Source: Planctomycetota bacterium (GTDB lineage Bacteria > Planctomycetota > UBA1135 > UBA2386). From it: DNA of 64,000 bases. Positions 18,970-27,866 of the stretch are shown here, piece by piece. Below the pieces are notes generated by a model. That model worked only from the letters and a program-made list of their open reading frames with translations, searched no databases and was not told the origin of the DNA. Numbering within the stretch: the stretch's first letter is position 1; each line of letters starts with the position of its first letter. The position numbers and the translations under genes were made by a program. The stretch lies in the NCBI GenBank assembly GCA_965228735.1, contig OZ245838.1, positions 2,720,001 through 2,784,000 of the forward strand. The letters are read 5' to 3'.

Positions 18970-19763
18970 ACCCGTTCGCCGCGGTCGGCAACATGCTCAC
19001 GGAGCGCGTCGAGGGCGCCGGCTACATCGTCGGCCTGCTCGTCCGGACGTTCGGGCAGCTCGCGTACCTGCCGCGGCGGCTGCGGTTCATGCTCGACGCC
19101 GCGTTCAACGCGGGCGTGCGCTCGCTGCCCGTGACGATGATCGTCGCGGCGTTCGCGGGCGCCATCCTCGCGATGCAGACCGGCATCGAGCTGCGGCGGT
19201 TCGGCGACACCGCGATCCTCGGCACGATCACGTCGCTGTCGATGTGCCGCGAGATGGGCCCGTTCATCACCGCGGTGATCCTCGCCGCGACGGTCGGTTC
19301 CGCGATGGCCGCGGAGATCGGCACGATGAAGGTCAGCGACGAGATCGCCGCCCTCGAGGTGATGTCGGTCGACCCCGTGAACTACCTCGTGCTGCCGCGC
19401 GTCGTCGCCCTCGCGCTCATGTGCCCGACGCTGACCGTGCTGTCGAACCTCATCGGCATCTTCGGCGGCAGCATCATCGCGGAGCAGAACCTCGGCGTCA
19501 GCGGCGCGCTGTTCTGGAACAGCGCGCGCGAAGCGCTGACGGAGACCGGCGCGATCCTGCCCAAGGAGGTCTACGTCGGTCTGTTCAAGGCGCTGGTCTT
19601 CGGCACCGTCATCGCCGTCGTCAGCTGCGCGGCCGGTCTGCGCGCGAAGGGCGGCGCGCTCGGCGTCGGCCTCGCGGTGCAGAACGCGGTGCGCAACTCC
19701 GTGATCCTGGTCATCATCCTGGGCTTCATCATCACCTGGTTCTTCTACTTCCTCGCGGGATGA
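18966..19763 (+). CDS. mlaE: MlaE family ABC permease
   Basis: REMGPFITAVILAATVGSAMAAEIGTMKVSDEIAALEVMSVDPVNYLVLPR. Confidence 0.95.
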   Translation: MNPFAAVGNMLTERVEGAGYIVGLLVRTFGQLAYLPRRLRFMLDAAFNAGVRSLPVTMIVAAFAGAILAMQTGIELRRFGDTAILGTITSLSMCREMGPFITAVILAATVGSAMAAEIGTMKVSDEIAALEVMSVDPVNYLVLPRVVALALMCPTLTVLSNLIGIFGGSIIAEQNLGVSGALFWNSAREALTETGAILPKEVYVGLFKALVFGTVIAVVSCAAGLRAKGGALGVGLAVQNAVRNSVILVIILGFIITWFFYFLAG

Positions 19764-20488
19764 TCGAGCTCCTCGACGTCAAGAAGCGCCTCGGCGGCCG
19801 CCAGATCCTCGACGGCATGACGCTGACGGTGAACAAGGGCCTCAACTACGTGCTCATGGGCCCGTCCGGCACGGGCAAGAGCGTCACGTTGCGGCACGTC
19901 ATCGGCATCATGCGACCCGACAGCGGCACGGTCCGCGTCGACGGTCTCGAAGTGCCGACGATGAACGAGAGGGAGCTCATGGCCCTGCGCAAGCGCATGG
20001 GCTACCTGTTCCAGAACGGCGCGCTCATCAACTGGCTGTCGGTCTACGACAACGTCGCGCTGCCGCTCAAGGAGCACGGCAAGATCAAGAAGAGCGAGCT
20101 CGAGGACCGCGTCCACGAGGTCCTCGGCCTCGTCGGAATGGACCACGCGGCCAAGCAGTTCCCGCCGAGCATCTCGGGCGGCATGAAGCTGCGCGCCGGC
20201 CTCGCGCGCGCGCTCGTGACCAAGCCCGAGTACGTGCTCTACGACGAACCCAACGCGGGCCTCGACCCGATCATCAGCAAGCAGATCCACGAGCTCATCG
20301 CCGAGGTGCGGGACACCCTGCACGTGACGGGCCTCATCGTCACCCACTCGCGCGCCTGCGCCACGCAATGCGGCGACCGCATCGGGGTGATCGGGGACGG
20401 CCGCATCGCGGTCGAGGGCTCGGTCGAGGAAATGCTCCACAGTGACCACGAACTCGCGGCCTCGTTCCTCGGCGAAGGCAGCGACTGA
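19760..20488 (+). CDS. mlaF: MlaF family ABC ATPase
   Basis: ATG 19760 (MIELLDVKK); GPSGTGKS, FQNGAL, ISGGM, LYDEPNAGLDP, VTH. Confidence 0.95.
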   Translation: MIELLDVKKRLGGRQILDGMTLTVNKGLNYVLMGPSGTGKSVTLRHVIGIMRPDSGTVRVDGLEVPTMNERELMALRKRMGYLFQNGALINWLSVYDNVALPLKEHGKIKKSELEDRVHEVLGLVGMDHAAKQFPPSISGGMKLRAGLARALVTKPEYVLYDEPNAGLDPIISKQIHELIAEVRDTLHVTGLIVTHSRACATQCGDRIGVIGDGRIAVEGSVEEMLHSDHELAASFLGEGSD

Positions 20489-20522
20489 CTAAAATGCCGG
20501 CTATCGCCGGACTCACGCGATC

Positions 20523-21695
20523 ATGGAACGCACCCGCCGCGACACTCTCCTCGGCCTCGTGTTCTTCGGAACTCTCGGCTTCCTGCTCTGGGCCACGGTC
20601 AACCTGACCGACATCCAGTTCGGCCGCGTCGACCCGCTCGTCGTCTGGTTCGAGGACGGCGGCAGCGCGCAGGTCGGCACGAACGTGTTCGTGCTCGGCA
20701 AGCGCTACGGCAAAGTCACGGAGATCGACGTCGATTACTCGTCCGAACGCCGCGAGACCCCGATCCGGATGGTCCTGCAGATCGACGGTGAGATCCCGCT
20801 CACCGACGAGTACCTGATCGAGGTCCGCGCCGCCGGGGTGCTCGGCGGCAAACAGGTCTACATCGACCCGGGCCGCGGCGAACGGCTCGCGGCCGGCGCG
20901 GAGCTGCGCGGCGCCGTCGAGCGCAGCGTGTTCGAGGCGTTCACCGACCTCGCCGAGGGTCAGGGTCCCGTTGGCAGCAACCTCAACAACGCGATCACCG
21001 CGATCCGCGAGGCGTTCGAGGCGTTGCAGGATCCCAACAACACGGGCGGCCGCCTGCTCACGCAGCGCGATCTCTACAACGAGATCCTCGAGACGTTCGA
21101 GAGCATCAACAACATCCTCGGCACGATCGAGGGCGGCGAAACCACGCTCGGGCGACTCGCGATGGACACCCAGATGGGCGAACGCGTGCAGTTCCTCATC
21201 GACAACCTCGCGACCGCGAGCGCTTCGCTCAACCGGTCCGAGGGCACGATCGGCATGCTGCTCAACGACACGCAGACGGCCGACAACATGCGCTCGATCG
21301 TCGCCGACGTGCAGGTCCTGCTCGCCGATGCGCGCAACGGGCGCGGCGTGATCGGGCGGCTGTTCCGCGACGAGTTGCTCGGCAACGACTTCGCCAACGC
21401 CATCGCGAGCCTCGACGAAGTGCTGCGGAACGCCAACGATCCGGATGCCGGTCTCGTCGGCGCCGCGCTCTCGGACCCGCAGACCGCCGAGGACTTCAAG
21501 ATCGCGATCGCCAACATCCGCGACGTGACCGATCAGCTCACCCGCAGCGAGGGCGCGCTCGGCATCCTGATCAACGACCGCGCCGTGGGCGTCCGCCTGC
21601 GCCGCATCTTCACCCAGGTCTCGCGCGCGCTCGAGGACGCGCGCGAGGCCGCGCCGATCAGCAGCTTCGTGCAGGTGCTGCTCGGCGTGTTCTGA
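20523..21695 (+). CDS. mlaD: MCE/MlaD protein with long helical C-terminal region
   Basis: N-terminal TM, MCE domain (VGTNVFVLGKRYGKV...GVLGGKQVYIDPG), repeated G(T/V)(L/I)G.L..D helical units. Confidence 0.9.
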   Translation: MERTRRDTLLGLVFFGTLGFLLWATVNLTDIQFGRVDPLVVWFEDGGSAQVGTNVFVLGKRYGKVTEIDVDYSSERRETPIRMVLQIDGEIPLTDEYLIEVRAAGVLGGKQVYIDPGRGERLAAGAELRGAVERSVFEAFTDLAEGQGPVGSNLNNAITAIREAFEALQDPNNTGGRLLTQRDLYNEILETFESINNILGTIEGGETTLGRLAMDTQMGERVQFLIDNLATASASLNRSEGTIGMLLNDTQTADNMRSIVADVQVLLADARNGRGVIGRLFRDELLGNDFANAIASLDEVLRNANDPDAGLVGAALSDPQTAEDFKIAIANIRDVTDQLTRSEGALGILINDRAVGVRLRRIFTQVSRALEDAREAAPISSFVQVLLGVF

Positions 21696-21739
21696 CGGAG
21701 TGCCGACCCTGACCGGGTAGCGACCCGGACCGAGTGACA

Positions 21740-23182
21740 ATGAGCAGCGACGACGACGACGACGTGTTCTCGACCACCGATCGGGTCGAAGAACCCCGAT
21801 ACTGGCTCCGACTCGCCGCCTGCTTCGGGCTGCTCTATCTGTTGCTCTACGGGCTGCCGTTCCCGCTCGGCAGCCTGCCCAGCCAGGGCGGTCAGTGGCC
21901 ATTGGCCGCGGCCGCGACCTGGGCGACGGAAACGGTCACCGGGGAAGAACTCGAAGAAGCCCCCAAGTGGTCGCGGTATCCCGGCAAGTGGCTCGGCGAG
22001 GTCCAGGAAGAGATCGACTGGTCCGTTGTGCAGTTCGGCGTCCACGTGCTGAGGCAAGAGCAGGACGAGGTCGAGCCCAAGGTCACGGGCAGCGGTGACA
22101 CGCTGCACGACTGGGTGCGCACCGCCCTGGCACTCGTGCTCGCCCTGCTCGCAGCGCCGCTGCTGGCCTGGCCGATCGGTCGCCGCGGGCTGCGGTGGTG
22201 GTACGGCAGCACCCGCGTTCTCGTGCGCTATGGGCTCGCGGCGACGATGACCACCTACGGCTTCGTGAAGGCGTACCCGCTGCAGTTCAGCGCTCCGACC
22301 GGCGACCGGCTCTACGGCACGTTCGGGGACGCGTCGCCGATGAACATGCTGTGGACGTTCATGGGGAGCTCGCCCGCATACACCTCGCTCAGCGGCATCG
22401 CCGAGGTGGTCGGCGGCCTGTTGCTGCTCTTCCGTCGCACGACGACGGCCGGCGCGCTGCTCTCGGGCGCCGTGATGAGCAACGTGCTCGCCCTCAACCT
22501 CTGCTACGACGTGCCCGTGAAGCTGTTCTCGGCGCACATGGTGCTGTTCGCGGCGTTCTTGCTGATCGCGCCCGCACCGCGGCTGTGGCGCGCGCTGTTC
22601 TCGCAGCAGGCGATTCCCGCCGCGCCCGAGCCCCGGGCGCCGGCCTGGCTCCGCTGGCCCGGCCACGGCCTCAAGGTCATCGCGTTCCTCGCGATCTTCG
22701 TCTCGCCCTGGGTGTTCATGGATCAGTACTGGGCGCAAAGCAGCGCGCGGCCGACCGGACCGCTCGCGGGCATCTGGGAGGTCAAGGAGTTCGAGTCCGA
22801 TCTCGCCGCGCCCGATCAGTGGCATCGCCTGGTGATCGCGTACGCGGGCAGCGCGGAAGCCGCCACCGCCTACAGCACGATCGTCGAGAACGATCGGGAC
22901 ACGCATCGCGGCCAGGCGGTCATCGACGAGGACGCGCGGACCATCACGGTCACGCCGCAGAACGAGCCGGAGGAATCCGCGACGACCTTCACCCTCGGTT
23001 ACGAACCCCAACCGACCGAGCCTGGCTCGGAGCCGGCGAACGAGCGCCTCGTGATCACCGGCACGGTCGATGGCCACGACGTTCGCGCCGTCGTCGAGCG
23101 GCGTGACGAGGCGTCGTTCCGCCTGAACAGCACCGGCTTCCGGTGGGTTCAAGAGGTGCCGTTCAACCGCAACCAGAAGTGA
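21740..23182 (+). CDS. DoxX-like membrane protein
   Basis: YGFVK..LQF, GDASPMNMLWTFMGSS, EVVGGLLLLFRRT, LNLCYDVPVKLFS; several TM segments. Confidence 0.75.
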   Translation: MSSDDDDDVFSTTDRVEEPRYWLRLAACFGLLYLLLYGLPFPLGSLPSQGGQWPLAAAATWATETVTGEELEEAPKWSRYPGKWLGEVQEEIDWSVVQFGVHVLRQEQDEVEPKVTGSGDTLHDWVRTALALVLALLAAPLLAWPIGRRGLRWWYGSTRVLVRYGLAATMTTYGFVKAYPLQFSAPTGDRLYGTFGDASPMNMLWTFMGSSPAYTSLSGIAEVVGGLLLLFRRTTTAGALLSGAVMSNVLALNLCYDVPVKLFSAHMVLFAAFLLIAPAPRLWRALFSQQAIPAAPEPRAPAWLRWPGHGLKVIAFLAIFVSPWVFMDQYWAQSSARPTGPLAGIWEVKEFESDLAAPDQWHRLVIAYAGSAEAATAYSTIVENDRDTHRGQAVIDEDARTITVTPQNEPEESATTFTLGYEPQPTEPGSEPANERLVITGTVDGHDVRAVVERRDEASFRLNSTGFRWVQEVPFNRNQK

Positions 23183-25275
23183 CCGCTCGCCCCCACGACA
23201 CTCGCGCGGTCCCGATCGCCCTCGCCGCGGCGTTCGCGATCGTTGCCCCCACCGCGGCCCAGGAGCGGGCCGCACCCTCGATCGTCGTGATCCTCGCCGA
23301 CGACCTCGGCTGGTCCGACATCGGGTGCTACGGCTCCGAGATCGAGACCCCCGTGCTCGACGGGCTCGCGGCCGGCGGACTGCGGTTCACGCAGTTCTAC
23401 AACGGGGCGCGCTGTTGCCCGACGCGCACAGCGCTCCTCACGGGGCAGTACGCGCACCGCGCCGGCGTCGGTCACATGACGGGTGACAAGCAGCATCCGG
23501 GTTACCGCGGACGCCTCGCCGACGACGTCGTGACGATCGCCGAAGTGCTCGGTCCGGCCGGCTACCGCACGGGCATGGTCGGCAAGTGGCACGTGACCGG
23601 ACAGCTGCGGCACGATGGCGACAAATCGTGCTGGCCGCGGCAACGCGGGTTCGAGGCCTTCTGGGGCACGATCCTCGGCGCGGGCAGCTTCTTCGAACCG
23701 CAGACGCTGACGGCCGGCAACGACCCGGCCGAGGTCGACGACACGTTCTACTACACCGACGCGATCGGCGACCGCAGTGCCGCGTTCGTGCGCGCGCAGG
23801 CGGCGTCCGACCCGTTCTTCCTCTACGTCGCGTTCACCGCGCCGCACTGGCCGCTGCACGCCCGCGCCGCGGACATCGAGGCGCAGCGCGGCCGCTACGA
23901 TCGCGGCTGGGACGCGCTGCGCGACGCGCGCCGTCAGAAGCAGATCGAGCTCGGATTGATCGACGCGGACTGGCCGCTGACCGACCGCGACCCGCGCGTG
24001 CCGCCGTGGAACGAGGCCGCGAACAAGGCCTGGGAAGCGCGCCGCATGGCGGTCTACGCCGCGCAGGTCGTCGCGATGGACCGCGCGATCGGCCGCATCG
24101 TCGACGCGCTGCGTGAATCGAACCGGCTCGACGACACGCTCATTCTCTTTCTCGCGGACAACGGCGGCTGCGCCGAAGAGCTCACCGACCGCTGGTCCGG
24201 CCCGTTCATCTCGCGCCAGACCCGGAGCGGCGAGCCCGTCACTGTTGGCAACGATCCGAACGTCATGCCCGGTCCCGAGACGACCTACCAGAGCTACGGG
24301 CTGCCGTGGGCCAACGCGAGCAACACGCCGTTCCGACTCTACAAGCACTACGTGCACGAGGGCGGCATCAGCTCGCCGCTGATCGCGCACTGGCCGAACG
24401 GGATCACCGCGCGCGGGCAACTGCGCCGCACGCCGAGTCACATCGTCGACGTGATGGCGACGTGCGTCGCGATCAGCGGCGCCGACTACCCGGCGGCGCG
24501 CGGTGACGCCGAAGTGCCACCGCCGGCCGGCACGTCGCTGCTGCCGGTGTTCGAGAACGACCAGCTCGAGGGCCGCGACCTCGGCTTCGAGCACGAGGGC
24601 AACCGCGCGCTGCGCCGCGGCCGCTTCAAGCTCGTGGCGAAGGGCGCCGGTTCGCCGTGGGAGCTCTACGACCTGCAGGTCGATCGCACGGAGACCAACG
24701 ATCTCGCGAACGAACGTCCCGAGCTCACCGCCGAACTCGCGAAGGCGTGGCAGGACTGGGCCGAGCAGAACCGCGTGCTGCCGCTCCTCGGCGCGGGCCG
24801 GATCGAACCGAGCAAGGAGCGTCACTTCGAGCTCGCGCACGGCGCGAACCTCGACCGCTATCAGGCGCCGGACCTCCGCCGACGCGGCTTCACGTTCACG
24901 CTGCAGGGCCGCCTCGACGGCGACGGCGTGCTGTTCGCGCAGGGCGGCAGTTCGCACGGCCTCGCGCTCTACCGCCAGGCCGCCCACCTCGTCTTCGCGA
25001 CGCGGGTCGGCGGCAAGCTGACGGTGGTGCGTTCGCAGAACGCGGTCGAGGACGGCCCCATCGACTACACCGGCACACTCGCCGCCGACGGCACGATCAC
25101 GGTGCGCGATCGCGGGGCGACCACCGTGCTCCTCGAGGGCCAGGTCCAACTCCAACGGCAGCACCCCGCCGACGGTCTGCAGGTCGGTCGTGACATCCGC
25201 GGCGCCGTGGGCCGCTACGAGGCTCCGTTCCCCCTGCAGGGTCACATCACCCGCCTGACGATCGACCTGATGTGA
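23179..25275 (+). CDS. Arylsulfatase (formylglycine-dependent) with C-terminal LamG-like domain
   Basis: ILADDLG, CCPTR, GKWH, APHWPLH, ADNG, EGGI; GTG start overlapping the upstream stop. Confidence 0.95.
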   Translation: MTARPHDTRAVPIALAAAFAIVAPTAAQERAAPSIVVILADDLGWSDIGCYGSEIETPVLDGLAAGGLRFTQFYNGARCCPTRTALLTGQYAHRAGVGHMTGDKQHPGYRGRLADDVVTIAEVLGPAGYRTGMVGKWHVTGQLRHDGDKSCWPRQRGFEAFWGTILGAGSFFEPQTLTAGNDPAEVDDTFYYTDAIGDRSAAFVRAQAASDPFFLYVAFTAPHWPLHARAADIEAQRGRYDRGWDALRDARRQKQIELGLIDADWPLTDRDPRVPPWNEAANKAWEARRMAVYAAQVVAMDRAIGRIVDALRESNRLDDTLILFLADNGGCAEELTDRWSGPFISRQTRSGEPVTVGNDPNVMPGPETTYQSYGLPWANASNTPFRLYKHYVHEGGISSPLIAHWPNGITARGQLRRTPSHIVDVMATCVAISGADYPAARGDAEVPPPAGTSLLPVFENDQLEGRDLGFEHEGNRALRRGRFKLVAKGAGSPWELYDLQVDRTETNDLANERPELTAELAKAWQDWAEQNRVLPLLGAGRIEPSKERHFELAHGANLDRYQAPDLRRRGFTFTLQGRLDGDGVLFAQGGSSHGLALYRQAAHLVFATRVGGKLTVVRSQNAVEDGPIDYTGTLAADGTITVRDRGATTVLLEGQVQLQRQHPADGLQVGRDIRGAVGRYEAPFPLQGHITRLTIDLM

Positions 25276-25320
25276 CCCGTGCGGGTTACGGCCCGCGTTG
25301 GCCGAACTATCCCGGGGACC

Positions 25321-27855
25321 ATGTCGCCTCGCGCTACCGCCTCGTTGTTCGCCATCGCGATCGCCGTAACCGCGTGCAGCGGCAACGGGGACGACCCGCC
25401 GTCGGGGCCGACGCAACCTGGGCCCGGTTCCTTCCAGATCGGCATTCCGACCTTCACCGAAGGGCTCACGCGCCCGCCGTCGGGTTTCGCCGCGACGAGG
25501 TGGCCGTACGGTTGCGTGGTGGCGGACTTCGATGGCGACGGCGTGCGGGACGCGTTCGTCGTCGAACGCTTCACGCCGACCTACAGCGGTTCGGGCGCGT
25601 TCGTGTGGGGCGACGCGACCGGCAAGTACCCGCAACGCGACGTCGTGACCGAGCCCGATCTGCCGTCTGCCTGCGCGGCAGCCGATTTCGACGGGGACGG
25701 TGACGTGGACGTGGCGGTGGCGCGCAGCGGCGCGAGCACGGGCGGGTCGTGGCTGTTCGAGAACCTCGGCGATCGACGGTTCGCGATCGCGAGCGCCGGC
25801 GCGTTCGACACCGCGGAATACGCGATCGCGGCACTCGTCGCGTTCGATGCGGACGGCGACGGCGACGTCGACCTGATCGCCGGCTGCGTGGAGCCCCACT
25901 ACGGCGCCCGGTTCTTCCGGAACGACGGCACGGGCACGTTCGTCGAGGACAACACGCGCCTGCCGCCGCGGTTCCCGCCGATCTCGCGCGTCACCCACGG
26001 CGACCTCGACGACGACGGTCACGACGACCTCGTGCTGACCGGCGCGGTCTGGACCGAGATCTGGCGCAACGACGGCACCGGCCACTTCGTCGCCGTCACG
26101 CCGACCGTGCTGCCGCAGTTCGCCGGGACGGCGGCCACCGACCACGACCTGCTGGATGCCGACGGGGACGGCGACCTCGACATCGCGTTCGCCTACGGTG
26201 GACTGCTGCGCGTCCTGCTCAACGACGGCACGTTCCTCTCCGCGACGCCCGCTGTTGCCGGCGTGACGACCGTGCGGGCGGGCGACCTCGACGGCGACGG
26301 CGACGTCGACCTCGCGACGGTCGGGTCGGGCGGCCTGCGCCTGCGCCACAACAACGGCGCCGGCGCGTTCGGGAACGTCACGCCATACGTGCAGGGCATC
26401 ACCACGTTCGACGCGCAGGCGATGCTGCTCTGCACGGACCTCGACGGCAACGGCATCGCCGACCTGTTCGTCTCGAGGGGCGAACGCGGCCTGCGCGTGC
26501 TGCGCGGGATCACCGGTGCGCGCTTCGCGCCTACCCCGGAGTACGGCACCCCGCTGAACATCAACCACGTCGCGACCGGCGACGTCGACGGCGACGGCGA
26601 CGTCGACCTGATGACGATCGTCGGCTCGAGCGGGGTCGTTCGGCTGAACGACGGTGCCGCGCGGTTCACGACGGCGGGCGGATTCGCGCTGCCAGCCGGC
26701 ACGAACCATCCGTCACTCGGGGACTTCGACGGCGACGGGGTCACGGACCTCCTCACCGAGTCCGGCTGGATCCAGGGCGACGGCAGCGGGCGATTCATCG
26801 CGCCCTTCGAACCGTGGCCCGCGAACCTCGCGTCGATCCGCGAGGTCACGCTGATCGAGACCAACGGCAACGGCCGCCCCGAGGCGATCCTGTTCGGCAT
26901 CTTCGGCCTGGCCCTCGTCGAAACGGACGGCACCCGACTGTCGCTCCGCGAGATCCGCACGGTGAACGTCCGCGACGTCGTCGCCGGCGACTTCGACGGT
27001 GACGGGCTCGACGACCTCGTCGTCGGCAGCCCGTACATCCCGACGCTCTCGCTGCTGCTGGCGACCGGCGACGGCGGCTTCCGCGATGCCACCGAACGGC
27101 TGCCGAGCGGCTCGGCCACCCCGAAGCTGGCCGCCGACCTCGATGTCGACGGCGACGTGGACCTGGTCACGCCCAACACGGTTCTGATGAACGACGGCAA
27201 CGCCAGCTTCACCAGCTCACCGATCCCGTCCTTCGGCTCGCTCTACAGTCTGCGAACGCTCGGCGCGTTCGAGGGCGGCGGCCCACCTGATCTCGTCGCG
27301 GTCAGTTCGGGCATGGGCCACCATGCGATCAACAAGGAGATCGTGATCGGCCACGCGAACGGTGCGGGCGGCTACGTGCTCCATGCACCCTTCCCCACCA
27401 TCCGACCCAACCTCAGCGACCTCGAACTCGCGGACCTCGATGGCGATCGCGACCTCGACATCGTCTGGGCCCCCGGCGTATCGACGACGCGCGGCGGCAG
27501 CGTCTTCGTGAACGAACACCGCGCGCTGCGGTCGAGCGGCGTCGCCCAACGCGGGCGCCACTACGTCCTGCAGCTGCAGCAGGCGGCCGGCTACGCCACG
27601 AGCACACGCGCCGCGCTGATGACCATCGGTGTGCCCGGACCGCCCGTGCCCGTGGCGGGCGTCGGCACCCTGCACGTGACGGACGCGTTCCTCGTCGTCC
27701 CGCTCACGCTGCCGGCACCGGCCGGCCGGATCGAACTCCGCTTCCCCGTCCCAGCCGCCATCGGAGCCGGCGTCGAGATCGCGGCGCAAGCCACGTTCCT
27801 GACCGGCGACGACCCGATGGGGCTGTCGAACCCGACGATCGACGTCATCTATTGA
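25321..27855 (+). CDS. FG-GAP/VCBS repeat lipoprotein
   Basis: VTAC lipobox; many DxDGDGDxD repeats; shared C-terminal module. Confidence 0.9.
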   Translation: MSPRATASLFAIAIAVTACSGNGDDPPSGPTQPGPGSFQIGIPTFTEGLTRPPSGFAATRWPYGCVVADFDGDGVRDAFVVERFTPTYSGSGAFVWGDATGKYPQRDVVTEPDLPSACAAADFDGDGDVDVAVARSGASTGGSWLFENLGDRRFAIASAGAFDTAEYAIAALVAFDADGDGDVDLIAGCVEPHYGARFFRNDGTGTFVEDNTRLPPRFPPISRVTHGDLDDDGHDDLVLTGAVWTEIWRNDGTGHFVAVTPTVLPQFAGTAATDHDLLDADGDGDLDIAFAYGGLLRVLLNDGTFLSATPAVAGVTTVRAGDLDGDGDVDLATVGSGGLRLRHNNGAGAFGNVTPYVQGITTFDAQAMLLCTDLDGNGIADLFVSRGERGLRVLRGITGARFAPTPEYGTPLNINHVATGDVDGDGDVDLMTIVGSSGVVRLNDGAARFTTAGGFALPAGTNHPSLGDFDGDGVTDLLTESGWIQGDGSGRFIAPFEPWPANLASIREVTLIETNGNGRPEAILFGIFGLALVETDGTRLSLREIRTVNVRDVVAGDFDGDGLDDLVVGSPYIPTLSLLLATGDGGFRDATERLPSGSATPKLAADLDVDGDVDLVTPNTVLMNDGNASFTSSPIPSFGSLYSLRTLGAFEGGGPPDLVAVSSGMGHHAINKEIVIGHANGAGGYVLHAPFPTIRPNLSDLELADLDGDRDLDIVWAPGVSTTRGGSVFVNEHRALRSSGVAQRGRHYVLQLQQAAGYATSTRAALMTIGVPGPPVPVAGVGTLHVTDAFLVVPLTLPAPAGRIELRFPVPAAIGAGVEIAAQATFLTGDDPMGLSNPTIDVIY

Positions 27856-27866
27856 GCGTCTCCGAC

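Noticed and set aside
18509..19759. N-terminal extensions of mlaF (likewise pyrG from 49929, dctM from 59507, and the ORF from 55469) as fusions or frameshifts
   Set aside because: Each gene has a proper ATG overlapping the upstream stop, and the extensions are off-frame readings of the upstream genes.
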